DNA of 64,000 nucleotides from an uncultured delta proteobacterium (GCA_963806225.1 CAWDXG010000001.1:704001-768000); one strand, 5' to 3'. Shown: positions 30,381 through 40,267, numbered from the stretch's first letter. Made by a program: numbers and translations. Notes: a model not told the origin generated them from the sequence alone.

Positions 30381-31239
30381 GGCCGAGCACCCGCTCGAGG
30401 AAGCCGATGACGGCCGGCCCGACGATCTCCGGGTATTCAGCGTGCGGGTAGTGCCCGGCGCCCGCGACCATCAGCGTCTCGCCGCCCAGCCGCTCTGCGA
30501 TGAGGGCGGCTTCGGCCGAGGCGTCGTCGAAATCCGGGTCGGCGTCGCCCATCACGACCAGGGTCGGCGCCTTCACCTCGCCGAGCCGCGCCTCGGCGGG
30601 TTCGTGCGACGTGTGCGTGGTCGCCGCGAAGGCGGCCCAGTGCCCGGGCTGGCGCAGGCTCTCGCGGATCCGCGCCCTGTGGTCATCGAGGTCAGCCGGC
30701 GCGCGGCCCGGATACAGGTTCGGGATGTAGGCGTTCCACGCTGCGGCACCCCAGGGCCGGAGCAGCACCAGACGGAACAGCAGCATCTTGAGGAAGCTCG
30801 TGGGCGGGTTGCGAACGAACGGCCCGACCAGCACCAGTCCCGAGAGCTTCGACGGATCCTCGGCTGCCGCCCAGGCTGCCGCTCCAGCGCCCATCGAGTT
30901 ACCGATGACCACTGCCGGTCCGCCGAGGTGCTCGATCAGTGCCAGCACGTCGGAGCCGGCCGCCACGTCGTCGTATTCGCTGAACGTCGCGTCGCTGTCG
31001 CCGTGCCCGCGAAGATCCATCGTGGCCACGCGGTATCCCGCGGCAACGAGGGCCGGCACGAGGTAGCGGAAGTTCGAGCGCAGATCGCCCATGCCGGGCA
31101 CGCCGACAACGAGCGGCCCGCTTCCGATCACGTCGTACGCGATCCGGCCTTCGGGCCGATCCAGAAACAGCGTCTGGGCCACGGCTTCCTGCGGCTGGGT
31201 GTTGGATTCTGCGGTGGGATTCATGGCTACAGTCATCAT
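30373..31239 (-). CDS. Alpha/beta hydrolase
   Basis: DLRGHGDS, GNSMG nucleophile, GDADPD, GHYPHAE. Confidence 0.9.
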   Translation of the reverse strand: MMTVAMNPTAESNTQPQEAVAQTLFLDRPEGRIAYDVIGSGPLVVGVPGMGDLRSNFRYLVPALVAAGYRVATMDLRGHGDSDATFSEYDDVAAGSDVLALIEHLGGPAVVIGNSMGAGAAAWAAAEDPSKLSGLVLVGPFVRNPPTSFLKMLLFRLVLLRPWGAAAWNAYIPNLYPGRAPADLDDHRARIRESLRQPGHWAAFAATTHTSHEPAEARLGEVKAPTLVVMGDADPDFDDASAEAALIAERLGGETLMVAGAGHYPHAEYPEIVGPAVIGFLERVLGRA

Positions 31240-31273
31240 GGTGACCTCCTTGGGCTTATCAAGATAGCCCTAT

Positions 31274-31301
31274 AGCTAATAGTATTAGCTTTCCCTGTCA
31301 A
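31274..31301 (-). promoter_or_regulatory. Palindromic operator AGCTAAT-N3-ATTAGCT (31274-31290) next to a TTGACA -35 box (31296-31301, minus strand)
   Basis: Perfect AT-rich 7-bp inverted repeat just upstream of the hydrolase-tetR-CPBP operon. Confidence 0.7.
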
Positions 31302-31325
31302 GGCCACGTCGTCTAGATTTCCGCC

Positions 31326-31823
31326 GTGGCAGCCCGCCGAGCAGAAAAGGGGCCGCGCGGCCCGACGTACCTCACGCCCGAAGGCGCGAAGAAGCTCGCC
31401 GACGAGCTCAACCATCTCGCCAGCGTGGAGCGCCCGCGCGTGGTGCAGGAGGTGAGCGACGCGGCCGCGCAGGGCGACCGCTCGGAGAACGCCGAGTACA
31501 TCTACGGCAAGAAGCGCCTGCGCGAGATCGACCGCCGCATCCGCTACATCACCAAGCGCCTCGACAGCGCCGTGGTCGTCAAGGAACGCGTTGCCACCGA
31601 CATGGTGTTCTTCGGGGCGACTGTCGAGGTCGAGGACGAGAACGGCAAGCGCAGCCGCTACCTGCTCGTCGGTCCGGACGAGGCCGATCCGTCCGAAGGG
31701 CGACTGAGCTTCAAGTCGCCGCTTGGCCGCGCGCTGCTCAAGAAGAAGGTCGGCGACGTGGTGACCGTGCGCCGCCCCGCGGGCGAGATCGACATCGAGA
31801 TCCTGTCGGTCACGTACGAGTAG
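31326..31823 (+). CDS. greB: Transcription elongation factor GreB
   Basis: YLTPEG, ERP, AAAQGDRSENAEYIYGKKRLREIDRRIR, VFFGA, SPLGRALL. Confidence 0.93.
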   Translation: MAARRAEKGPRGPTYLTPEGAKKLADELNHLASVERPRVVQEVSDAAAQGDRSENAEYIYGKKRLREIDRRIRYITKRLDSAVVVKERVATDMVFFGATVEVEDENGKRSRYLLVGPDEADPSEGRLSFKSPLGRALLKKKVGDVVTVRRPAGEIDIEILSVTYE

Positions 31824-31831
31824 AGCGCCTT

Positions 31832-31927
31832 GGCCGCGGCCCGCAGGGCAGGTGCGTTCCGCTCTGCAACCCGGAGTGCAGCCCGCAGCAGTACTGCGCT
31901 GCCGATCGGACCTGTCGCTCGCGCTGA
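31832..31927 (+). pseudogene. Orphan 3' fragment of a Cys-rich protein
   Basis: Reads GRCVPLCNPECSPQQYCAADRTCRSR* with no start codon in the intergenic part. Confidence 0.45.
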
Positions 31928-32002
31928 TCGGATTTCTCCACCACCAGCGAAACACGCGCATCGCGATTGGTTGGCGGGCCGGCCCGGTCTACCATGCTGC
32001 GT

Positions 32003-33088
32003 ATGAAGCGGCTGCTGATGGTCTGGGTAGCTCTTGCGCTGGCAGGGTGTGGCGGCTCCGCTTCCGACCTCACGTCCTCGAGCAGTGGTGGGACGGGAGG
32101 CCAGGCAGGTTCGGCGGGAACGGCCGGAAGCGGCGGGGGCAACGCTGGAACGGGCGGCGGCGCGGCGGCGGGGGGAACCGCTGGTAGCGGCGGTACGGCG
32201 GGAAGCGGCGGCACGGCGGGCTCGAGTGGCGCGGGCGGCACTGCGGGCGGTTCGTCGTGCACGCTTCAGCCGATGTCCCCCGGCGCGAGAACGATCAGCA
32301 TCACCTCGGGCGGCCGGAAGCGCACGGCGCACCTTGTCGTCCCTGCTGGCTACGACGCCAAGAAGCGCACGCCGCTGCTTCTGCTCTACCACGGCTACCT
32401 TGAAGACGCGGCCCGCATCGAATCGTCGACCGGCATGACACCGATCGCCGGCAAGCACGGCATGATCGTCGTCTACCCCCAGGGTGTGAACAACAGCTTC
32501 AACGCGGGCCCGAAGTGCTGCGGGACGGCGTCCTCGACGCAGATCGACGACGTGCAGTTCACGAAGGATCTGCTCGACGAGCTCGAGAGCCAGCTCTGCG
32601 TCGACACCAAGCGCGTCTACGCCGCGGGCTTCTCGAACGGCGGGATGTTCTCGAGCCGGCTCGGCTGCGAGCTGGGCTCGCGCATCGCCGCCATCGCGCC
32701 GGTGTCCGGGCCGATCGCCGTGACCTCCTGCAAGCCGTCCCGTCCGATCCCCGTGATCGAGTTCCATGGGACGTCCGACATCGTTGTGCCCTACAACGGC
32801 GGCGGACTCGGCGGCGCGCTGAGCGTGCCCGACGCGATCAAGCTCTGGAAGACCAACAACGGCTGCACGGACGCCCAACCGAAGACCGTCTTCCAGAACG
32901 GGGACACGACCTGCGCCGCGTACCAGAGCTGCAAGGCCGGCGCCCACGTCGAGCTGTGCACGATCTCCAGCGGCGGTCACCAATGGCCGGGCGGCACCGA
33001 CCCGCTCGCCGGCGTCGGCAAGCAGACGCAGGACATCAACGCCAGCTCCGCGATGGTGGACTTCTTCCTGGCGCATCCGTTGCCGTGA
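32003..33088 (+). CDS. PHB-depolymerase/LpqC-like esterase lipoprotein
   Basis: LAGC lipobox, Gly linker, VYPQG, DDVQF, GFSNGG, FHGTSD, GGHQWPG. Confidence 0.87.
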   Translation: MKRLLMVWVALALAGCGGSASDLTSSSSGGTGGQAGSAGTAGSGGGNAGTGGGAAAGGTAGSGGTAGSGGTAGSSGAGGTAGGSSCTLQPMSPGARTISITSGGRKRTAHLVVPAGYDAKKRTPLLLLYHGYLEDAARIESSTGMTPIAGKHGMIVVYPQGVNNSFNAGPKCCGTASSTQIDDVQFTKDLLDELESQLCVDTKRVYAAGFSNGGMFSSRLGCELGSRIAAIAPVSGPIAVTSCKPSRPIPVIEFHGTSDIVVPYNGGGLGGALSVPDAIKLWKTNNGCTDAQPKTVFQNGDTTCAAYQSCKAGAHVELCTISSGGHQWPGGTDPLAGVGKQTQDINASSAMVDFFLAHPLP

Positions 33089-33289
33089 CGCCGCGGGGCC
33101 GGTCCGACCAGACCGGCGGGCGCCCGGCTGCCGGAAATGTGGCTCGTCATCCAATCCTGGCCACCGGGTCGAAGGACGCTTGAGCCCCGCGGCGCGAGCG
33201 TCTACGTTGCGCGCCCGTCCCCGAGGGGGCGGCACGCCGCGGGGCCGGAGCCCGGCCACCGCGCCACTTCCTAGACAAGGAGATTTCCG

Positions 33290-34201
33290 ATGGCCGACAT
33301 CCGTTTCGACAACCGAGTCGCGATCGTTACCGGTGCAGGCGGAGGCCTGGGCCGCGCGCATGCCCTGCTGCTTGCCTCGCGCGGCGCCAAGGTTGTCGTC
33401 AATGACCTGGGCGGTTCCGTCGACGGCTCGGGCGTGGGCTCGAAGATGGCCGACAAGGTCGTCGAGGAGATCAAGGCGGCGGGCGGCGAAGCCGTGGCGA
33501 ACTACGACGGCGTCGACACCATGGAGGGCGCACAGAAGATCGTGAAGACCGCCCAGGACGCCTTCGGCAAGCTCGACATCGTCGTCAACAACGCCGGCAT
33601 CCTGCGCGACGTGTCGTTCATGAAGATGACCGAGGAGGACTGGGACAAGGTGCTGCGCGTGCACCTGTACGGCAGCATGTACGTCACCAAGGCGGCCTGG
33701 CCCATCCTGCGCGAGGGCAAGTACGGTCGCGTGGTGTTCACGACCAGTGCCGCCGGCCTGTACGGCAACTTCGGCCAGGCGAACTACAGCTCGGCCAAGC
33801 TCGGCATCGTGGGCCTGGCCAAGACGCTTTCGCACGAGGGCGCCAAGTACAACATCAAGTGCAACGTCATCGCTCCGGTGGCCAAGAGCCGCATGACCGA
33901 GACGATCATGCCGCCGGACGTGTTGAACAAGCTGCTGCCCGAGCACGTCAGCCCGCTCGTGGCCTACCTTTGCTCCGAGGGCGTCGAGGAAACCGCGCAG
34001 ACCTACGCCGTGGGCGGCGGCTACGTGGCGCGCGTCGCGGTCGTGGAAAGTGCGGGCGTCACGCTCGACGCTTCCAAGGGCTTTGGCCCGGAAGAGGTCG
34101 CCGGCAAGTGGAAGGAGATCAACGATCTCTCCCAGGCCAAGCCCTTCGCCAACGCGATGGAAGCGGCCGGCGCGGCGATGAAGGGCGTGATGGGCGGCTG
34201 A
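33290..34201 (+). CDS. SDR, MFE-2/HSD17B4-type hydroxyacyl-CoA dehydrogenase-like
   Basis: TGAGGGLGR, VVNDLGG, NNAGILRD, GLYGNFGQANYSSAK. Confidence 0.9.
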   Translation: MADIRFDNRVAIVTGAGGGLGRAHALLLASRGAKVVVNDLGGSVDGSGVGSKMADKVVEEIKAAGGEAVANYDGVDTMEGAQKIVKTAQDAFGKLDIVVNNAGILRDVSFMKMTEEDWDKVLRVHLYGSMYVTKAAWPILREGKYGRVVFTTSAAGLYGNFGQANYSSAKLGIVGLAKTLSHEGAKYNIKCNVIAPVAKSRMTETIMPPDVLNKLLPEHVSPLVAYLCSEGVEETAQTYAVGGGYVARVAVVESAGVTLDASKGFGPEEVAGKWKEINDLSQAKPFANAMEAAGAAMKGVMGG

Positions 34202-34220
34202 GCCGGGTGCGATACTCGGC

Positions 34221-34550
34221 GTGAGGCTCCCAGTGCCCAAGAAAGCGTCCAGTCGCGCGCCCGCGTCGGCATCACTTCGAGCTCGCACGTTCGCTGTGGG
34301 CGACGAGGAGTACGCGGTCTTCGAGTTCTCGTTGGGTCAAGCCGTCGTCCCGGCAGACTTGACCCAATCCGAGCAGGAAATCGCACAAGCCGTCGTCGAC
34401 GGGCTTTCGGATAGGGAGATAGGGAACCGTCGTGGAACCTCGCCGCGCACCGTGGCGAATCAGTTGCGAAGCATCTACACAAAGCTGGGAATTGCGAGCC
34501 GGGCCGAGCTCATCGTGCGCTGCACGCGTGAGGGGCGCACTCCGCCTTGA
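34221..34550 (+). CDS. Small LuxR-type HTH regulator
   Basis: LTQSEQEIA..GLSDREI..RGTSPRTVANQLRSIYTKLGIASRAEL. Confidence 0.85.
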   Translation: MRLPVPKKASSRAPASASLRARTFAVGDEEYAVFEFSLGQAVVPADLTQSEQEIAQAVVDGLSDREIGNRRGTSPRTVANQLRSIYTKLGIASRAELIVRCTREGRTPP

Positions 34551-34560
34551 CTAGCGCGCT

Positions 34561-35613
34561 TCACTGCCGATGGCGAACGATGTGGATCAGCTCCGCTCGG
34601 TTCCGGACGCCTAGCTTCTTTGCAGCTTTCCTGAAATGAGCGGATACCAAAGCCTGGGAGAGTCCGAGCTCGAGCGCGATGACCTTGAACGATTCGTCGG
34701 ATGCTGCGCGCTCGACGATCTCGCGCTCGATAGCGCTCAATGAAGCGTGACCTTTCGGTGCAGTCGCACGATTTCGCCGTGCGACGATGAGGCGCTTCCC
34801 GTCCGAGTCCTGGTGCGCGACGATCGCCCATTCGCCCGCCAACACGGCGTCCCACAGCGCGAGAGCTTGCTCGGGGGATTGGTTGCAGAAAGCGTCGCGA
34901 TGCAGCGTCGACGCCGCTGTCGCGAGCAGCTCGCTCGCGGCAGCGGGCGCGCCACCCGGCGTCGCGTCGAGAAGGCGGCCTCGATCATTGAACACGACAT
35001 CCCAGGTGAAACCCTCAGAGAGCTGCGATCTCAACTGAAGACCAGCCCTGAAGTGATTCAAGAGTCGTCGGTACAGGTGCCGTGTTCTGGGAGCGACCGC
35101 GGTAACCTCGGACCTGGGTCCCGACAAGACGATCCCCGAGCTGTCAGAGCCGTACGCCGAGAGAACGACCTGATCGACCACCCCGGCGAGCGGCCTCGTC
35201 GCCTGCCGTACGGGCCCGGGCCCGACCGATTCCCCCAGGAATTCAGCGGCTTCGCTGTTGGAGGCGCAGGTGCCGTGCGCGTTGAACGCACGCAGTTCCC
35301 GGGGCGAGCACAGCGCGGCGGCTCGAGAGTACGCTTCGTGAAGGCTGTCGGGGCAGCCCAGGTACTGGGGACGGACGACCCGCATATGTTCGTCCCGAAA
35401 TTGCCAAAACCAACCTGACACGCCCAGTCCGTCATCGAGCTTCGGCCCAATCGCTCGAAGCAGATTCGAGAGCCACTCGGCGTCGGATACGTCGACGCGG
35501 TACGCGGCTCTCGTGGCGGCGACGGGGTCGAAGGAGCCAATTCGAATCGAGCCGGCGATCCAGAGCGGTGGATCGATGGGTATTCGAGATCCTGGTGACG
35601 GCGCGGTGACCAC
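34561..35613 (-). CDS. LuxR-type HTH regulator with N-terminal sensor (GAF-like) region
   Basis: C-terminal LSAIEREIV..SFKVIALELGLS..KKLGVRNRAEL; start uncertain (GTG at 35613 chosen). Confidence 0.75.
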   Translation of the reverse strand: MVTAPSPGSRIPIDPPLWIAGSIRIGSFDPVAATRAAYRVDVSDAEWLSNLLRAIGPKLDDGLGVSGWFWQFRDEHMRVVRPQYLGCPDSLHEAYSRAAALCSPRELRAFNAHGTCASNSEAAEFLGESVGPGPVRQATRPLAGVVDQVVLSAYGSDSSGIVLSGPRSEVTAVAPRTRHLYRRLLNHFRAGLQLRSQLSEGFTWDVVFNDRGRLLDATPGGAPAAASELLATAASTLHRDAFCNQSPEQALALWDAVLAGEWAIVAHQDSDGKRLIVARRNRATAPKGHASLSAIEREIVERAASDESFKVIALELGLSQALVSAHFRKAAKKLGVRNRAELIHIVRHRQ

Positions 35614-35705
35614 GGCAGCTAGACACGAGGCTAACAGACTCGAAGGCTCGCCGTTCGACTTCGACCAGACCCGGAAATGCCGAGCGCCCTGCACCTTGCA
35701 GGGTG

Positions 35706-37496
35706 CTAGTTGCAGCCGAGTTTCAGCACTTGTACGTCGTCGATGTTCCAGCCGGAGACGACCTGGCTGTACGGATTGAAAATATAGCCGAAACGAACTT
35801 GGAGCTTGGCGTTCGAGTACGGGGTCAGCAGGAAACTCTGTGGAACCCAGCTCGAGTCGGTCGTCTCGACCGAGAGCGACCACAACAGTGACCAGCCGGT
35901 TCCGTCGAAGACCTCCACCGTGGCCGCTCGGGAGTTGAGCCAGCGCTGGAAGAGGAGTCTGACGCCGGAAGTGGCCGTGGTGGTGTCGATCACCGGGCTC
36001 ACCAGATAGTAGGCGGGGTGACCGGATGTGGGCGCGTTGCCACCAATCACAACGCCAGCAACGCCGTTGTCACTGCCCGCGGAGTGGTCGGTGCCCGGGT
36101 CCGGGAAGCCGATGCTCTGGCCCGTAGACGCTGTTGCGGCACCGATTTCCCACGTCGAGCCGAGCGTCCAACCTTGCGAGTTGTCGGCGAAGGTCTCGCT
36201 GAACAGGACGCAGCTCGGGCTGACGCACGCCCCGCCAACGCAGCTCTTGCCGGACGCGCAGGCCGAGCCGCATGCTCCGCAGTTCGCGTCGTCCGACGTG
36301 GTGTCGATGCAAACGTCGCTGCAGTCGGTCTTGCCCGTATGACAGCCGCACTGTCCAGCAACGCACTCGAGCGAGCCGGCACACGCATTGCCACACCCGC
36401 CGCAGTTCGCAGCGTCATTCTGCGTGTCGATGCACTGACCGTTACACACCGAGCTGCCGAACGCGCATTGACAGTTGCCGCTCTTGCAGATCTTGCCGTT
36501 GGTGCACTCGTTCCCACACCCGGCGCAATTGTCCGGGTCCGACTGCAGGTCGGTGCAGATACCGTTGCAGGTGCTCCAGGTTGCCGGACAGACGCAGCTT
36601 CCACTCGTGCAGATCTTGCCGTTGGTGCACTCGTTGCCACAGCCGCCACAGTTCTTCGGGTCGTTGTAGAAGTCGATGCAGGTCCCCACGCACGTGCCCC
36701 AGTTCGAAGGGCACTTGCACACGCCGGAGGTGCAGATCCTGCCATCGGTGCATTCATGTCCGCAGGCGCCGCAGTTCTTAACGTCGTATTGGAAGCTCAT
36801 GCACACCCCGCCGCATTTCCCGTCTCCAGGCGGACAGCCGCATACGCCGTTGATGCAGCTTTCGCCATGCGAGAGATCGCACTTGTTCCCGCACGTGCCG
36901 CAATTCGTCGGATTGTAGTCCGTGTCGGTGCAGACATTCCCGCACAGTTTATTCCCCTGGGGGCAGCCGCAAACGCCCTGGATGCAGAATTCCCCGGGGA
37001 GGCACTGGTGTCCGCACGAACCACAGTTGTTGCCGTTGGTTTGGAGGTTGGCGCAGCCACTGGCGCCACACCAAACCATCGGCGGGAAGCAGGGATTGGT
37101 GCAACTTCCGTTGATGCACTTTTCGGTCGAGGCGCACGCCTTTCCGCAGCTGCCGCAGTTTTTCGCGTCGCTCGTGACGTCGGCGCAAGTGCCGCCGCAG
37201 TCCGTCGCCGGCGGACTGCAGGACAACTTGCACGCGCCGCTCACGCAGTAGGAAGCCGCCGCGCACGGGGTGTTGCAACCACCACAGTGGCTCGGGTTGG
37301 TGTCGGTGTCGACGCACTTGCCATCGTACTCCCTGGTCCCGCCGGCGCACTCGAGCGCACACGCGCCGAGGGCGCATACCTGTCCTGATGGGCAGGCCGT
37401 ACCGCAGGCTCCGCAGTTCTTGGGGTCAATCTCGGTGTCGACGCACTTGCCGCCGCAGTCCTGCGTGCCGGAGCCACCGTCCGGTTTGCCGGCCCC
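35706..37496 (-). CDS. Cys-rich repeat protein (about 10 STIG1-like DxxNCGxCGxxC repeats) + C-terminal beta-sandwich domain; 5'-truncated
   Basis: Frame stays open upstream of GTG 37244 through two more repeats, to an in-frame TAA at 37497-37499; no signal peptide. Confidence 0.75.
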   Translation of the reverse strand, partial: GAGKPDGGSGTQDCGGKCVDTEIDPKNCGACGTACPSGQVCALGACALECAGGTREYDGKCVDTDTNPSHCGGCNTPCAAASYCVSGACKLSCSPPATDCGGTCADVTSDAKNCGSCGKACASTEKCINGSCTNPCFPPMVWCGASGCANLQTNGNNCGSCGHQCLPGEFCIQGVCGCPQGNKLCGNVCTDTDYNPTNCGTCGNKCDLSHGESCINGVCGCPPGDGKCGGVCMSFQYDVKNCGACGHECTDGRICTSGVCKCPSNWGTCVGTCIDFYNDPKNCGGCGNECTNGKICTSGSCVCPATWSTCNGICTDLQSDPDNCAGCGNECTNGKICKSGNCQCAFGSSVCNGQCIDTQNDAANCGGCGNACAGSLECVAGQCGCHTGKTDCSDVCIDTTSDDANCGACGSACASGKSCVGGACVSPSCVLFSETFADNSQGWTLGSTWEIGAATASTGQSIGFPDPGTDHSAGSDNGVAGVVIGGNAPTSGHPAYYLVSPVIDTTTATSGVRLLFQRWLNSRAATVEVFDGTGWSLLWSLSVETTDSSWVPQSFLLTPYSNAKLQVRFGYIFNPYSQVVSGWNIDDVQVLKLGCN

Positions 37497-37557
37497 TTAC
37501 GCCGTGCCGGCGACCCACACCTTCGGTCGGGCACGCCGGGCCCTGTCGTGCGCCTCG

Positions 37558-37830
37558 TCACAGTGCGCGGGGCATCCCCTTCACGCCGCCCGCCCGGGTT
37601 GTCCCGGCGAGACGTGACTTCTCGTCGGAGACGACCTGCTTCAGCCATTCCACCACGGAAGCGAGCGGTTCGAGGCCGCGCAGCCCCCGGGGCGTAGCGA
37701 GCACCAGGCGGTGCTCGTCGAGCAGCTCCGAACGGAACCCCAGGCTCGTTTCGCCGTCCGCAACGAAGCATGGCAGTACGGCGACTCCGGGTCCGGCGCG
37801 CGCGAGAGCCAGGGCCGACGGCACGCTGGT
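37558..37830 (-). pseudogene. C-terminal remnant of a LysR substrate-binding domain
   Basis: ALALARAG.GVAVLPCFVAD..LVLAT.R.LR..VVEWL..RLAG; no HTH upstream. Confidence 0.55.
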
Positions 37831-37939
37831 GGGCCCGCCGCTCGGGCCGGACGACTGAGCGGGAGCGTCCGGAGCTCGAGCTTCCTGCCCTCGCCCGTTG
37901 TGGGGTCCGCGCGCGCGCGGGTATGCTGGAGCCCCGTCC

Positions 37940-38570
37940 ATGCAAAGCGACTACGACCTGCTCGATGCCTGGCGCGCCGGGGACGCGGCCGCGGGCAACG
38001 AGCTGTTCGATCGCCATTTCGACAGCATCTATCGCTTCCTCCGGAGCAAGAACGTCCGGTGACCCGGCTGACCTGGTGCAGGGCGTGTTCCTGGCGTGCG
38101 TCGAGGGCCGGGATTCATTCCGTGGGGAATCAAGCTTCCGCACCTATCTGTACGCGATAGCCAGGAAGAAGCTCTACAAGAGCTATCGGGATCGACGCGC
38201 GGGCGTCGATTTCGGCGTCACCTCGCTGGCGGATCTCGGTCCATCGCCGAGCCGCCTGGCGGACAAGCACCACACCGATCGCCTGCTGCTCGAAGCGCTG
38301 CGCGAGATCCCGCTCGAGCTGCAGATCGCGCTCGAGCTCCACTATTGGGAGCACATGGCCGGCCCGGAGATCGCGCGCGTGCTCGACGTTCCGGAGGGCA
38401 CGGTCCGGACGCGTCTGCGCCGCGGCAAGGAAGCGCTCGACGCGAAGTTGAAACAGCTCGCGCGCACTCCAGCGGAGCTCGCGACGACGCGGGCCAATCT
38501 GGAAGCGTGGGCAGAGGGCCTTCGCGAGCAGGTCGAGCCCGCCGGAGCCCGGACCGGTCCCGACGATTGA
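37940..38570 (+). CDS. ECF sigma factor (+1 frameshift at ~38050)
   Basis: MQSDYDLLDAWRAGDAAAGNELFDRH..YRF joins ADLVQGVF..FRGESSFRTYLYAIAR..EIARVLDVPEGTVRTRLRRG. Span is 3n+1. Confidence 0.85.
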
Positions 38571-38579
38571 GCCGCACGG

Positions 38580-40139
38580 CTACCGGGGACCCGGCGGGCA
38601 GCGCCCGTAGATCACGACCTCGTCCAGGCACAGATCCAGAAACGGGCCGCGATCGACCTCCAGCGCGGTGATGCGGATGTGGCGGGTGCGAGAGTTGACC
38701 GCGACCCGCTTGTGTTTGCCTCGATCGGTGGCGCGGTCGAACGTGACGACCTGTTCGCCTCCGTCCCAGGAGACACGCATGCGGCGGAACGTCGAGTTGA
38801 TCTTCCAGAGATCGGCGCCGGCCCCGGTCGTGGACGACCAGCCGCCGCTGACCACCACCTCCGACACCCACGTCCCGGGCCGGAAGTCCGCTTCCACCCA
38901 CTGGCCCGCGCCGTCACCCGGCGACGCCTCCGTCCAGGCGGTGTCCGGGATCCCGTCGAAGGCCTGTTCTGCCGGGTGCCCGGGCTCTTGTGACGACGCG
39001 CGCACCGCGGTCCGGCACAGCCGCGTGATGTCCTTCACCGCGAGCGGTGCGGCGCTCGCACTGGGCGCGGGCGGAAGCGCGGACGTGGCGGCGGTGGGCG
39101 GTTCGCTCTGCAGGTTCATCCACGCCACGACCGCGATGGCAGCCATCAGAACGGCCCCGGCCAGGCCGACCCAGCGTGTGATTGCGGACTCGCGCGGGGC
39201 CGCCGAGCGCGCGCCTTCGAGACGTTCCAGCAGCGCGTCCATCGAAGGGAAGCGTGCGCTCGGTTCCGGATCCAGCCCGCGCTCGAGGACTTCCGCGACC
39301 GTCGGCGGCACGCCCTCGAGATCCGCGTCCTTCACCCGCGCGAGCATCGCTTCCAGAAGCTCGTCCGGCGTGTCGCCGCGGAACGGACGACGACCCGTGA
39401 ACGCCTCGATCGCGGTGACGCAGAAGCTCCACTGATCGCTGCGGGCGTCGGCGGGCTCGCCGCGGAGCTGTTCCGGCGCCATGTACGCGGGTGTTCCGAC
39501 CAGCGAGTCGCGTGGCAGAGCGCCGTGGGGCGCCCGTGGGCTGCCGCCCGGTGGCTCGCTCCCTCTCCTGAGTGCCAGGCCGAAGTCCGAAACGCGCGGC
39601 TGGCCGTCGTCGTCCATCAGGACGTTGTCCAGCTTGAAGTCGCGGTGGACCAGGCCCTGGCGGTGGACCGCAGCCAGCCCGCGTCCCGTGGCGATCATCA
39701 CGTCCAGCACCCGCGCGGGCTTTGGCCGATCGCGCTCGAGCCACTGGCGGAGCGTGCCCTTGGCGCGTTCCATCGCGACGTAGACCTGCCCCGTGTGCGC
39801 TCCGACCTGATGCACGGTGACGACGTTGGAGTGTCTGACCCGCGCCATCGCGCGAGCTTCCTCCAGTAGGAGCTCCGTCGGCGCACCGCTGTCGCGGAGG
39901 GCCGGGCTCAGCAGCTTGAGCGCCACCACGCGATCGAGCTCGGTGTCGCGCGCTTCGTACACGACGCCCATCGCCCCCTCGCCGAGGCGTCCGAGCAGCT
40001 CGAACTGCTCGAGCCGGACGGGCTCGGCGCTTCCCCCGAACAGCCCTTGGCGCACCTGCGCGCGCACCCGGGCCTGCTCGATGTCGTCCTCGTCCGCGTC
40101 ACCAGGGCGCGGCAGAGCATCCGGGGGGTCGGCAGACAT
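38580..40139 (-). CDS. Membrane Ser/Thr protein kinase with extracytoplasmic discoidin-like domain
   Basis: LGEGAMGVVY, VALK, HRDFKLDN, DFG, GTPAYMAPE; TM helix; ASS..AFDG..TAW.E..GQWVE. Confidence 0.88.
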   Translation of the reverse strand: MSADPPDALPRPGDADEDDIEQARVRAQVRQGLFGGSAEPVRLEQFELLGRLGEGAMGVVYEARDTELDRVVALKLLSPALRDSGAPTELLLEEARAMARVRHSNVVTVHQVGAHTGQVYVAMERAKGTLRQWLERDRPKPARVLDVMIATGRGLAAVHRQGLVHRDFKLDNVLMDDDGQPRVSDFGLALRRGSEPPGGSPRAPHGALPRDSLVGTPAYMAPEQLRGEPADARSDQWSFCVTAIEAFTGRRPFRGDTPDELLEAMLARVKDADLEGVPPTVAEVLERGLDPEPSARFPSMDALLERLEGARSAAPRESAITRWVGLAGAVLMAAIAVVAWMNLQSEPPTAATSALPPAPSASAAPLAVKDITRLCRTAVRASSQEPGHPAEQAFDGIPDTAWTEASPGDGAGQWVEADFRPGTWVSEVVVSGGWSSTTGAGADLWKINSTFRRMRVSWDGGEQVVTFDRATDRGKHKRVAVNSRTRHIRITALEVDRGPFLDLCLDEVVIYGRCPPGPR

Positions 40140-40267
40140 TGTGGCCAGGGGCTGTCGGAAGCACCCGACAGGCCCCGTAGCCCGGGTTTTTCGCCCCGGC
40201 AACGTCCGTCGCATTTTTTCGGGATCGATTTTCCGCCTCCGGGAACCACCCGCCCAGGAGACGGAAA

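Noticed and set aside
31658..34288. 876-aa minus-strand ORF
   Set aside because: Shadow of the esterase and SDR genes
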